Positions 1 through 7,963 of a DNA stretch of 24,000 bases are shown one piece after another. The position numbers and the translations under genes were made by a program. Each line of letters starts with the position of its first letter. Within the stretch, counting starts at the first letter, position 1. The notes beneath the pieces are model-generated. The model did no database searches. It was not told where the DNA came from and worked only from the letters and a program-made list of their open reading frames with translations. The DNA is taken from contig JAQTTH010000002.1 of the NCBI GenBank assembly GCA_028710895.1, forward strand, positions 299,605-323,604, written 5' to 3'. The stretch comes from Paludibacter sp. Its GTDB lineage: Bacteria > Bacteroidota > Bacteroidia > Bacteroidales > Paludibacteraceae.

Positions 1-1282
1 TGGGCTGCCTTTCGCTTTTTTCCGATCCGATATTAAATTTGGGTGTGCGAATAAAGGAACTTTTAATGCCCACATATGCTTCAATCACTGCAATTGTATT
101 ACTGAGCGAAAGCCCGAGCATATAAACCATAAACATAAAGAAATGATACGGATAAGTTAAGGCATTCTTGTTTCCTTTTTCAATGCTAAAATAGGGAACT
201 GTATAATAAATAAATAATATGATTGTTGGACTTAAGAATAATAAGCCAATATTTTTAATTGGATTTGTTGATTGCTCTTCGCCATATATTGTCATTACGG
301 GTACGCTTACTAAAGCCATTAAGAACACAAAAACAAAAGTAGTACTGTTGAATAAATGATAGAGTGCTTGCAATTTTTGAGTCTTTGTAATGTTGGATTT
401 TAGAACCGTTCCAAAATTGTTCACGAAATTTTGTGCTCCACCTTTTGTCCATCTAAATTGCTGACTACGGATAGCACTCATACTCACCGGTAACTCAGCT
501 GGCGAAATAACATCTTCCAGGTATTTAATTTTCCAACCTTTCAGTTGAGCACGATAACTTAAATCCAAATCTTCGGTAAGTGTATCACCTTTCCAATTTC
601 CGGCATCAAAAATGCACGATTTTCGCCAGACACCCGCCGTACCATTGAAATTGAGGAAATAGTTTTTTTCATCTCTAACCGATTGTTCCATGCTAAAATG
701 AGCATCTAATGCCATAGCTTGCAATTTAGTGTGCAAAGAGAAGTTCCGGTTTATATGCCCCCAGCGGGTTTGCACTACGCCAATACGAGCATCCGTGAAC
801 CATGCCATTGTTTTAGTCAGGAAGTCAGGACAAGGCATAAAATCAGCATCGAAAATGGCAATAAATTCTCCTGTGGCAATTTCTAACCCGGCTTTTAAAG
901 CGCCTGCTTTAAAACCATCTCTGTTAGTACGAACAATGTGCTTAATGTCAATTCCTTTTTTGCTAAGTTCCGCCACTTTCAGGGCAACATGCTCTACAGT
1001 TTCGTCGGTAGAGTCGTCCAACACCTGAATTTCAAGTTTGTCGGAAGGATAATTGATTTTTGAAACTACCTCTAACAATCTTTCAGCCACATACAATTCG
1101 TTGTAAATTGGTAACTGAATGGTTACTTTAGGAAAACTTGTCAGTTGTGGAAAATCCAACTTATCAACCAACTGTTTCTTTTTCAACTTTTTATACGAGA
1201 TCAAAATGTGAAGTTGGAACACACTGTAAATAAGAAAAAGAATGAGGCATAAAATGTAAAAGATCAGTAAAGTGATTCCCAT
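1..1282 (-). CDS. Family-2 glycosyltransferase, membrane-bound processive (cellulose-synthase-like) type; C-terminal end runs off the window
   Basis: Absent from the ORF track because no stop codon lies in the window. My own translation from the ATG at 1282-1280 stays open to position 1 (MGITLLIFYILCL...VTIQLPIYNE...VLDDSTDET...AIFDADF...TEDLDLSYR...SQQFRWTKG...). It has an N-terminal TM helix, the D / DxD / ED / QxxRW signature of processive GT2 enzymes, and more hydrophobic helices after the catalytic domain. It starts 4 nt after the stop of the upstream gene. Confidence 0.85.
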   Translation of the reverse strand, partial: MGITLLIFYILCLILFLIYSVFQLHILISYKKLKKKQLVDKLDFPQLTSFPKVTIQLPIYNELYVAERLLEVVSKINYPSDKLEIQVLDDSTDETVEHVALKVAELSKKGIDIKHIVRTNRDGFKAGALKAGLEIATGEFIAIFDADFMPCPDFLTKTMAWFTDARIGVVQTRWGHINRNFSLHTKLQAMALDAHFSMEQSVRDEKNYFLNFNGTAGVWRKSCIFDAGNWKGDTLTEDLDLSYRAQLKGWKIKYLEDVISPAELPVSMSAIRSQQFRWTKGGAQNFVNNFGTVLKSNITKTQKLQALYHLFNSTTFVFVFLMALVSVPVMTIYGEEQSTNPIKNIGLLFLSPTIILFIYYTVPYFSIEKGNKNALTYPYHFFMFMVYMLGLSLSNTIAVIEAYVGIKSSFIRTPKFNIGSEKSERQP

Positions 1283-1286
1283 AAAA

Positions 1287-1982
1287 TTACATGTATTTGA
1301 ATATCGTTATTAGTATTTTATATCCAGCTCCAATTGTTCCTTTAATTGTTCCTGATACTTTGGAGACACCAATGCGTTGACGGTAGTTTATCGGCACTTC
1401 AACGCAATGCATTTTCATTTTGGCAGCTTTCACCTGCATTTCCACCGTCCAACCATACGTTTTATCCTGCATGTCCATTGCCAAAAGTTGATTAAACTTA
1501 ATAGCCCTGAACGGACCTAAATCGGTAAAATGCTCGTCGTAAAATAATCGAATCATTTTGGTAGCTAACCAATTACCAAAAATTTGCTGAGGTGTCATTG
1601 ACCCTTTTTCGCTCTTGCCTGTGTTGCGGGTTCCAATCACTAAATCGGCATTTAGTTCCAGAATTGGTTGAATAATCAATGGCAATTCAGCCGGAAAATC
1701 GGAATGGTCGGCATCCATAAAAACAATAATATCAGGTTGAATTTTCTGCATTGCAAAGTATTCAATACCTTTCAGGCAAGCCCAGCCATAACCCTGTCTG
1801 TTTTCAGTCAAAACAGTAGCTCCGTTTTCGGAAGCCACTTTAGCAGTGTGGTCGGTTGAATTATTGTTTACCACCACTATTTCGGATACGAGATGCTTCG
1901 GAATTTCTTGTATTACCTTGCCAACAGCCTCTTCTTCATTGTAAGCCGGTATTATAATGCCTATTTTAGGTTTATTGCTCAT
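1287..1982 (-). CDS. Soluble family-2 glycosyltransferase (Dpm1 / polyprenol-phosphate glycosyltransferase-like)
   Basis: 231 aa with an ATG start. It has the GT-A N-terminus IGIIIPAYNEEEAVGKVI and a DxD-like FMDADHSD motif, with no TM segment. It overlaps the upstream ORF by 11 nt. It may correspond to the GT2 'transferase 2' family that co-occurs with ArsS-type radical SAM genes, but this is unverified. Confidence 0.8.
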   Translation of the reverse strand: MSNKPKIGIIIPAYNEEEAVGKVIQEIPKHLVSEIVVVNNNSTDHTAKVASENGATVLTENRQGYGWACLKGIEYFAMQKIQPDIIVFMDADHSDFPAELPLIIQPILELNADLVIGTRNTGKSEKGSMTPQQIFGNWLATKMIRLFYDEHFTDLGPFRAIKFNQLLAMDMQDKTYGWTVEMQVKAAKMKMHCVEVPINYRQRIGVSKVSGTIKGTIGAGYKILITIFKYM

Positions 1983-2604
1983 ACATTTCTATTTGAATCA
2001 CTTTTCCATTTTTGTATTTTTTCCATTCACCCTTTGGTTGGTCGTTTTCATAAATTCCATCACGTGTTATACCATTGCCCAAATAATATCTGAAATATCC
2101 GTTACGCATACCGTTTTTAAAATAACCTTCGCACAATTTATTACCTTGTTCGTCAAAATCCTCCCACCATTCCGTTTTTTTATTGTTCAAGTATTCGCCC
2201 TTCTGTGCTATACTTCCGTTTGAATGATAGTGTATACCTGTTCCATTACGTTGGTCATTTTTGTACATTCCTTCAAACGATTTCAGTTTGCCTGGCAAAT
2301 ACTCTTCCCACCAACCTGTTTTTAAATTTTCCTCATAATGTCCGCCCCTTTGCCAATCACCATTCGGATAATAATATTTCCAATGGCCTGATTTTTTAGT
2401 ATTTATTAGCCAACCTTCATTTTGCAAATTTCCATTACTATAAAAAGATTTACTGTATTCTTTAGAAATGACAGCAACTTTACTTTCAACCAGTTTTCGA
2501 GTGCTGTTAGTAGTTTCAATTTCAGCTTCGTTATTTTTTCCACAAGCAAAAACTAACCCAACAACACACAAAAATACTGGAACAGTACGCAATAATATGC
2601 TCAT
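1972..2604 (-). CDS. MORN-repeat-variant (YwqK-like) lipoprotein
   Basis: Signal peptide ending in a lipobox-like LVFAC|GKNN. It carries repeated G-x-W-x-x-Y-Y-x-N-G / EG-x-Y-K-N-x-x-R-N-G units typical of MORN variant repeats. The track start at 2610 is a TTG; I prefer the ATG at 2604-2602, 2 nt after the upstream TGA. Confidence 0.7.
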   Translation of the reverse strand: MSILLRTVPVFLCVVGLVFACGKNNEAEIETTNSTRKLVESKVAVISKEYSKSFYSNGNLQNEGWLINTKKSGHWKYYYPNGDWQRGGHYEENLKTGWWEEYLPGKLKSFEGMYKNDQRNGTGIHYHSNGSIAQKGEYLNNKKTEWWEDFDEQGNKLCEGYFKNGMRNGYFRYYLGNGITRDGIYENDQPKGEWKKYKNGKVIQIEMYEQ

Positions 2605-2606
2605 AA

Positions 2607-3488
2607 TCAATGTATCAATCTAAATCCCACGTTAAAGGTTTCGCCTGCACCGGCATTTCTTCCAGCTGTAAATTTGGTATATAAAACTTCCGTTTCCAAT
2701 ACTCCTTTTATGAGTTGATATTTCATGCCAACTCCATTTTGTAAAAACCATGAAGAAATAAAGGGTTGCCCAAAACTTGGCCAATACTCATTTTGGAGGT
2801 AAAATGTAATTCTGTCGGTTGCATAATAGCTGAAAAAGGCACTCACCGGATTGGAAAAAGCCAGGCGACTTATGCCAGCTGCCTGTGGTTGTCGTTTATA
2901 GTAAAACCAAGGTGCAACCTGAAAGAACAGTTGAAATTTTGTTCCAATGGGCTGGTCGTAAAATAGTTGGGTGAACCAGATATAACTGTCATCGCTTAAG
3001 TAAGGTTTACCGTTTGTATGTCCTTCCAAATCAGTGGCAATAGGAAAAAGGAAAGTGGATTGCAGGGATAGTTTCGGCAAATTTCGAAAAGGTGCTATTT
3101 TTATTTTTGGGCCAAAACCAGCAACCGCCGTTCGTGAATTCATCGAGTTATCAAACTGAAATACAGCCAGTGGTGAGGAACCAGCAATGTCATTCCGAAC
3201 AGATTTAATCCAAATATCAGCCCCAATGTTCAATGTGGGGGAAATACCATACAGAAACTGGTTTATAGCTGTAAAATAACTGGCTCGTCCATTGTAATTG
3301 GTACGTGTCCCATTCGTATTGAACCCTTGGGTTTGTGTATACAGATTGTTGAATAATTTATATTCCCAATGGTTTTGACCAAGCAAAACCGAAGGGGAGT
3401 ATGCCTGCATGTTTATTTCCGCTACATCGTCTTGCGAATAGGCACAGATAGATAAGAAACAAAATAATATGATTAATTTATTTTTCAT
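2607..3488 (-). CDS. Putative outer-membrane beta-barrel protein (family not recognised)
   Basis: 293 aa with signal peptide MKNKLIILFCFLSICAYSQDD. The rest shows an alternating aromatic/hydrophilic pattern rich in G, Y, F, N and S, consistent with amphipathic beta strands. Its ATG overlaps the upstream TGA (ATGA at 3485-3488). Confidence 0.45.
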   Translation of the reverse strand: MKNKLIILFCFLSICAYSQDDVAEINMQAYSPSVLLGQNHWEYKLFNNLYTQTQGFNTNGTRTNYNGRASYFTAINQFLYGISPTLNIGADIWIKSVRNDIAGSSPLAVFQFDNSMNSRTAVAGFGPKIKIAPFRNLPKLSLQSTFLFPIATDLEGHTNGKPYLSDDSYIWFTQLFYDQPIGTKFQLFFQVAPWFYYKRQPQAAGISRLAFSNPVSAFFSYYATDRITFYLQNEYWPSFGQPFISSWFLQNGVGMKYQLIKGVLETEVLYTKFTAGRNAGAGETFNVGFRLIH

Positions 3489-4861
3489 TTTTTATAGCTG
3501 AATGTTTTACCAATTCTTCCTTCCAATTTTCCGTTCTCTAATTTCAATACACCACGTGGACAAACAGCCGAACAAATACCACAACCCACACACGATGCAC
3601 GTACAATGTTTTCACCTTTTTGAGCATACGCACGCACGTCAATACCCATTTCGCAATAAGTGGAGCAGTTACCGCACGAAATGCACTGACCACCATTGGT
3701 GGTAATCCGAAAACGTGATTTGAAGCGTTGAATTATGCCCATATAGGCTGCCATAGGGCAACCAAACCGGCACCATACACGACTACCCAATATAGGATAA
3801 AAACCAACGCCCACAACACCAGAGAAAGCAGCACCAATAAGAAAACCGTAAGGATGCGTGAAATAAGTGTAAATATCCAAGCCCAGGAATGTACTACTTC
3901 CACTGAAATAACCATACAATACAACTAATGTTATCAATGTGATTAATAATAAAATCCCATAAATCAAATACCGTTCAATTTTCCAGGCTCTCACACTTTT
4001 GTCAGACAAATGACGAAAAGGATCTCCGGCAGTTTCTGCCAAACCTCCGCAACCACACACCCAAGAACAATACCATCGTTTACCAAAATAATAGGTCAGG
4101 AAGGGCGTAATCACAAGAAAACCGATAATACCCCAAACGAGATAAACCATACCCAATGAGCCACCGTGCACCATATTATTTAAATGCCAATCGTTGAAAA
4201 AATAGTAGTTCAATGGCCAGAAATATTTAATGTCCATTGCAAAATATGCTTTATCCGAATTTAAACCCTCCATAATGTTGGGAATTAAATACGCCAAAAA
4301 AAGTTGTGCTATTATTACTACAATCGTGCGGATAATCTGGTATCTGTTGTGTCGGTACTTAAGAATAAATTTGATACCCAGTGTTGTAATTATGAGCGTA
4401 TAAAGCGTACCATACACAAACCATTGCGTAGCCGGCTTACCTGTAAAAAGGTCACTCAAGGGGTTAAATAAAGCGATAAGGTTGGTATTGGCTGCACCCT
4501 TTACTCCCTGACCTAAGTATTCGGGAAACCAATAAAGTACCACATAAAAACCGGTGAGAATAACTGCTGTTATCCAACCCAACAATCCTTTAGAAGTAAG
4601 CGAATTGAACCAGATCCCATGATTCTTAATGCCTGCGGGCAAGCTAATATAGGTTTTGATTGCATAAATCGACGTGCCGACAAAGATAGAAAGTAGCGAT
4701 ACGGTTAGCAGCAAACCGTTGTTTTCGAACTCAACACCAAATAATGTCACTGCCAAAATTAAAAGTCCGAGCGCAGAGAGCGACAGACCAAGCTTTTGAA
4801 GAAATCCTGTTTTATAGGGTTGAATATCAACCACTGACAAACTGTTATATATTGGTTTCAT
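3485..4861 (-). CDS. Polytopic membrane 4Fe-4S ferredoxin-type protein (NapH / CcoG(FixG) / RdxA-like)
   Basis: 458 aa with multiple hydrophobic helices. It carries the Cys motifs CSWVCGCGG and WCRFGCPMAA, plus two classical ferredoxin motifs, CISCGNCSTYCEMG and CVGCGICSAVCPRG. Confidence 0.8.
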   Translation of the reverse strand: MKPIYNSLSVVDIQPYKTGFLQKLGLSLSALGLLILAVTLFGVEFENNGLLLTVSLLSIFVGTSIYAIKTYISLPAGIKNHGIWFNSLTSKGLLGWITAVILTGFYVVLYWFPEYLGQGVKGAANTNLIALFNPLSDLFTGKPATQWFVYGTLYTLIITTLGIKFILKYRHNRYQIIRTIVVIIAQLFLAYLIPNIMEGLNSDKAYFAMDIKYFWPLNYYFFNDWHLNNMVHGGSLGMVYLVWGIIGFLVITPFLTYYFGKRWYCSWVCGCGGLAETAGDPFRHLSDKSVRAWKIERYLIYGILLLITLITLVVLYGYFSGSSTFLGLDIYTYFTHPYGFLIGAAFSGVVGVGFYPILGSRVWCRFGCPMAAYMGIIQRFKSRFRITTNGGQCISCGNCSTYCEMGIDVRAYAQKGENIVRASCVGCGICSAVCPRGVLKLENGKLEGRIGKTFSYKK

Positions 4862-4877
4862 ATTATAAATAGATTGA

Positions 4878-4898
4878 CCCCCTAACCCCCAAAGGGGG
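4878..4898 (-). terminator. G/C-only hairpin (C5-TAA-C5-AAA-G5) between the oxidoreductase and polyferredoxin genes; possible attenuator or weak terminator
   Basis: On the plus strand the sequence reads gaCCCCCtaaCCCCCaaaGGGGGaa, inside an otherwise AT-rich 59-nt gap. Either C5 run can pair with the G5 run. No clear U-tract follows on the minus strand. Confidence 0.3.
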
Positions 4899-4920
4899 AA
4901 TAAAGAGGGAGATTAGACTT

Positions 4921-6213
4921 TTAAATCAAATTACACACAGTTGATTTGTCGAATTGATTTTTAATTTCGGCTTCGTGATGTTTGAAAAACTCAGGATCGA
5001 AATTGGCTGTTTTCAAATTGTCAATTACATATTCTATGTTTTTCTTTTCCTGAATCCATTGGTCAAAGACTTCGTGTCGCAAGCGGATTCCAAACACATT
5101 TACACCTAAAATATGATTGCCAATCTTGTCGTAAATCAAACGAAGCGATTTAAATTCATTTTTTGATTTCCAAAAAAATGTAGCTTCGTTTTCTTTGGGT
5201 TTCGCCCATACCCAGCCATAAGTTTGATATTCCACATCGAAAAACTTAGCTGAATTAAACCATATTCCGGGTTGATAATCAGACCGATTACCACAAATGG
5301 AATTAGCAACCGTTTCGCCCATGATACGGCCTGTGTACCAAACCTGTTCAATGGGTTTTCGACCACCGGTGGGTGTACGGTGTTGTGCGCAATCGCCAAT
5401 GGCATACACATTCGCCACATTTGTTTCCAAAAATTCATTTACCAGAACTCCCCTTTCTATCTCAATTCCGGAATCTTTCAGAAAATCGATATTGGGTGTA
5501 ACGCCAACCGTTAAGCCAACAAGCTGACATTCAATTTCTTCGTTTTTGCTTGTTACAATAGATTTCACTTTTCCCGTACCAGAGTCTTTAATTTCTATAA
5601 GTTCTGTATTTAGTTGTAAATCAATATGGTGTAATTTTATCAATTCATTAATCATAGCTGATTCTTCATTAGGTAACACGCCATTCCAGAAACTTTTTTC
5701 GCGCACCAGCATGGTTACTTCAATGTTTTTTGATAATAGCATTTCAGCTAATTCAATGCCTATTAAGCCGCCACCTACAATTACTGCGCGCTTTATGGTT
5801 TTATAACTTTTGGTTAGTTTCTCCAAATCTTGTTTATGATATAAACCCTGTACACCGTCCAAATCCTGACCCGGCCAACCAAATTTGTTTGATTTAGAAC
5901 CAGTGGCAATAATTAAATCGTCGTATTGTAGCGATTTCCCTGTTTTCAACAGAACAGATTTTTGATTTGGATCCACTTTCAAAACTGTATCATGCAGCAA
6001 ATCAATCTTGTTCTTTTCCCAAAAATCATTTTCGTAGGGCTGTGTGTGCTCAAACTTCATGTGACCCATAAACACGTACATTAATGCGGTGCGACTGAAA
6101 AAAAAAGGACTTTCTTCGGAAATGACCGTGATACGGTTGTCGTTTTTTTTTCGGATATTTCGCGCTGCAGTAATTCCCGAAATTCCATTTCCTATAATCA
6201 CAATGTGTTTCAT
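4921..6213 (-). CDS. NAD(P)/FAD-dependent pyridine-nucleotide-disulfide-type oxidoreductase
   Basis: 430 aa. It has an N-terminal FAD Rossmann motif (KHIVIIGNGISGITAA), a second dinucleotide motif (RAVIVGGGLIGIELAE) and the conserved AIGDCA motif near the FAD site. A C-terminal extension of about 100 aa is of unknown function. Confidence 0.85.
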   Translation of the reverse strand: MKHIVIIGNGISGITAARNIRKKNDNRITVISEESPFFFSRTALMYVFMGHMKFEHTQPYENDFWEKNKIDLLHDTVLKVDPNQKSVLLKTGKSLQYDDLIIATGSKSNKFGWPGQDLDGVQGLYHKQDLEKLTKSYKTIKRAVIVGGGLIGIELAEMLLSKNIEVTMLVREKSFWNGVLPNEESAMINELIKLHHIDLQLNTELIEIKDSGTGKVKSIVTSKNEEIECQLVGLTVGVTPNIDFLKDSGIEIERGVLVNEFLETNVANVYAIGDCAQHRTPTGGRKPIEQVWYTGRIMGETVANSICGNRSDYQPGIWFNSAKFFDVEYQTYGWVWAKPKENEATFFWKSKNEFKSLRLIYDKIGNHILGVNVFGIRLRHEVFDQWIQEKKNIEYVIDNLKTANFDPEFFKHHEAEIKNQFDKSTVCNLI

Positions 6214-6301
6214 CTGTATATAATTGTTTTTTAGTTGTCAGATGGAACTCGCACATAAACATTTCCTCGTGAGTGAGTATATATTCGTTGTGCTCGTTTC
6301 A

Positions 6302-7114
6302 TTAGAGTTGCTGTATTAGTTGGGTGTATAATGTAATAAGTTTTGCTTCGGCTTGACCGGCAATGGCAATAATTTCGGGGATATTAACAGGTTTCAGATT
6401 GGCAGGGTCGCATTCGTCGGTCAGTACCGAAATGGCAGCACAAGGCAATCCAATTTGATTGGCTACCAATACTTCAGGCACAGTTGACATACCCACAGCA
6501 TCTGCTCCAATAATTTTCAAATAGCGATATTCCGCACGTGTTTCCAGATTTGGGCCTTTTAAAGCAGCATAAACGCCTTCCCGCAGAATTAGATTTTCTT
6601 TGAGTGCAATTTGTTTGAGTAAGTTGTTTAATTTACTTGAATAGGGTGCCGACATATCGGTAAATCGAGGACCTTGCGAATCATCCTTCAACCCAACAAG
6701 CGGACTATCGGGCAATAAATCAATGTGGTCATCAATAAGCATTAAATCACCTTTTTTGTAATCAAGATTAATAGCTCCTGCTGCATTTGAAAGTAATAAA
6801 TATTTCACGCCCAATGCTTTCATTACACGCACAGGAAAGGTTATTTGCTGCATAGAATAACCTTCGTAAAAATGGAAACGACCTTGCATAGCCAGCACCT
6901 TTTTGCCATTAAGCGTTCCATAAATCAATTTTCCGGAATGAAATTCAACGGTAGATTTTACGAAATTGGGGATATCAACATAATCAATTTGTTGACTAAT
7001 AGCAATTGAATCGACCAACTTGCCTAGCCCTGTTCCCAACACAATTCCTATTTCGGGTTGAAGAATGCCTTTGCTTTCTAAAAAGCTTACTGTTTCATTA
7101 ATTTGATTTTGCAT
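6302..7114 (-). CDS. Purine nucleoside phosphorylase (trimeric PNP/MTAP family)
   Basis: 270 aa. It shows motifs typical of inosine/guanosine-type PNPs: GIVLGTGLG, MQGRFHFYEGY, LLSNAAGAIN, GPNLETRAE and VGMSTVPEV. Confidence 0.85.
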   Translation of the reverse strand: MQNQINETVSFLESKGILQPEIGIVLGTGLGKLVDSIAISQQIDYVDIPNFVKSTVEFHSGKLIYGTLNGKKVLAMQGRFHFYEGYSMQQITFPVRVMKALGVKYLLLSNAAGAINLDYKKGDLMLIDDHIDLLPDSPLVGLKDDSQGPRFTDMSAPYSSKLNNLLKQIALKENLILREGVYAALKGPNLETRAEYRYLKIIGADAVGMSTVPEVLVANQIGLPCAAISVLTDECDPANLKPVNIPEIIAIAGQAEAKLITLYTQLIQQL

Positions 7115-7125
7115 AGAAATATTTT

Positions 7126-7956
7126 TTATGATTTACAATTGTCATTATTACAGCATCCGCCATCGGTTGTACTTTTTTTCATTGCCGGTTCCAGTATTTT
7201 AGTAAAGAACAATGCAGCGAATATTCCACCTACAATTGGAGCAAGCATATAAACGAGAAAAAATCCACCTTGTTGGTCGGGAAAAGCAGCATTACCCCAA
7301 CCAAACATCCAAGCTATCATTCGCGGTCCAAAATCTCTAGCCGGGTTCAAGCCTGCTTGTGTAAGTGGTGCTATCAGGCAAATTATTGAACTAACGGTTA
7401 ATCCTATAAACACAGGCGCAATAGCATTACTTGGCTTACCCACATTGCAGCCTTCGGTAAGTGCAAAAATCATGAGTAATAATATAAAAGTGCCAAAAGC
7501 TTCAGCTGCCATCGCCAATAGCATACCGATACCATGACCACCAATATTATAATACTCCCCAAACATCTTGGCTATTTTTGCTGATTCTTCGGAACCACGG
7601 ATTATATTTTGTGTTTGCTCAAACGAACTAATTGAAGACGAGAATAATATATATACCGTAAGACCTGCAACAAACGCGCCCAGTATTTGAGCGATAATGT
7701 ATGCCGGCAATCTGTCGGCTGACATTCGTTTGCTTATTACCATAGCAATACTAACAGCGGGGTTGAGATGTGCACAGCACAAATGTCGGGTGAGGTAAAT
7801 GGCAAGTGTGACACCAATTCCCCATACCAATGCTATCTGTAAAATGCCCTGATATCCGTTAAACAACACTGATACTGCTACCGAACCGCATCCAAAAAGA
7901 ACAAGTATAAATGTTCCCAAAAACTCACCTAAAAATTCGTTTTTATATTTTAGCAT
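7126..7956 (-). CDS. MIP-family channel (aquaglyceroporin-like) with a Cys-rich C-terminal tail
   Basis: 276 aa. Two NPA boxes are present (HLNPAVS and GLNPARD) with six hydrophobic helices. An unusual tail reads ...TTDGGCCNNDNCKS. Confidence 0.9.
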   Translation of the reverse strand: MLKYKNEFLGEFLGTFILVLFGCGSVAVSVLFNGYQGILQIALVWGIGVTLAIYLTRHLCCAHLNPAVSIAMVISKRMSADRLPAYIIAQILGAFVAGLTVYILFSSSISSFEQTQNIIRGSEESAKIAKMFGEYYNIGGHGIGMLLAMAAEAFGTFILLLMIFALTEGCNVGKPSNAIAPVFIGLTVSSIICLIAPLTQAGLNPARDFGPRMIAWMFGWGNAAFPDQQGGFFLVYMLAPIVGGIFAALFFTKILEPAMKKSTTDGGCCNNDNCKS

Positions 7957-7963
7957 ACATTTC

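Noticed and set aside
255-452. 65-aa minus-strand ORF from the track
   Set aside because: It is out of frame within the long open GT2 reading frame (1-1282, minus strand). That frame carries clear D/DxD/QxxRW motifs, so this is a frame-shadow ORF.
729-1028. 99-aa plus-strand ORF, together with the many similar 60-120 aa ORFs antisense to or nested in large genes (for example 1668-1859, 1893-2223, 3502-3928, 5136-5806, 9370-9732, 11503-12099, 12325-12935, 13365-13619, 14571-14899, 17951-18145, 19324-19512, 20637-21219)
   Set aside because: All of them lie inside longer ORFs that have recognisable family motifs. They have low-complexity or Cys/Phe/Ile-rich composition typical of antisense frames in AT-rich DNA, and show no start context or motifs.
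6050-6262. 70-aa minus-strand ORF spanning the start of the oxidoreductase gene
   Set aside because: It overlaps the well-supported Rossmann-fold N-terminus in another frame, and has an implausible composition.
6214-6301. Possible hairpin or terminator (ACTCGCAC...GTGAGTGAGT) between the PNP and oxidoreductase genes
   Set aside because: The pairing is imperfect (4-5 bp with mismatches) and no T-run follows. It is not distinguishable from chance.
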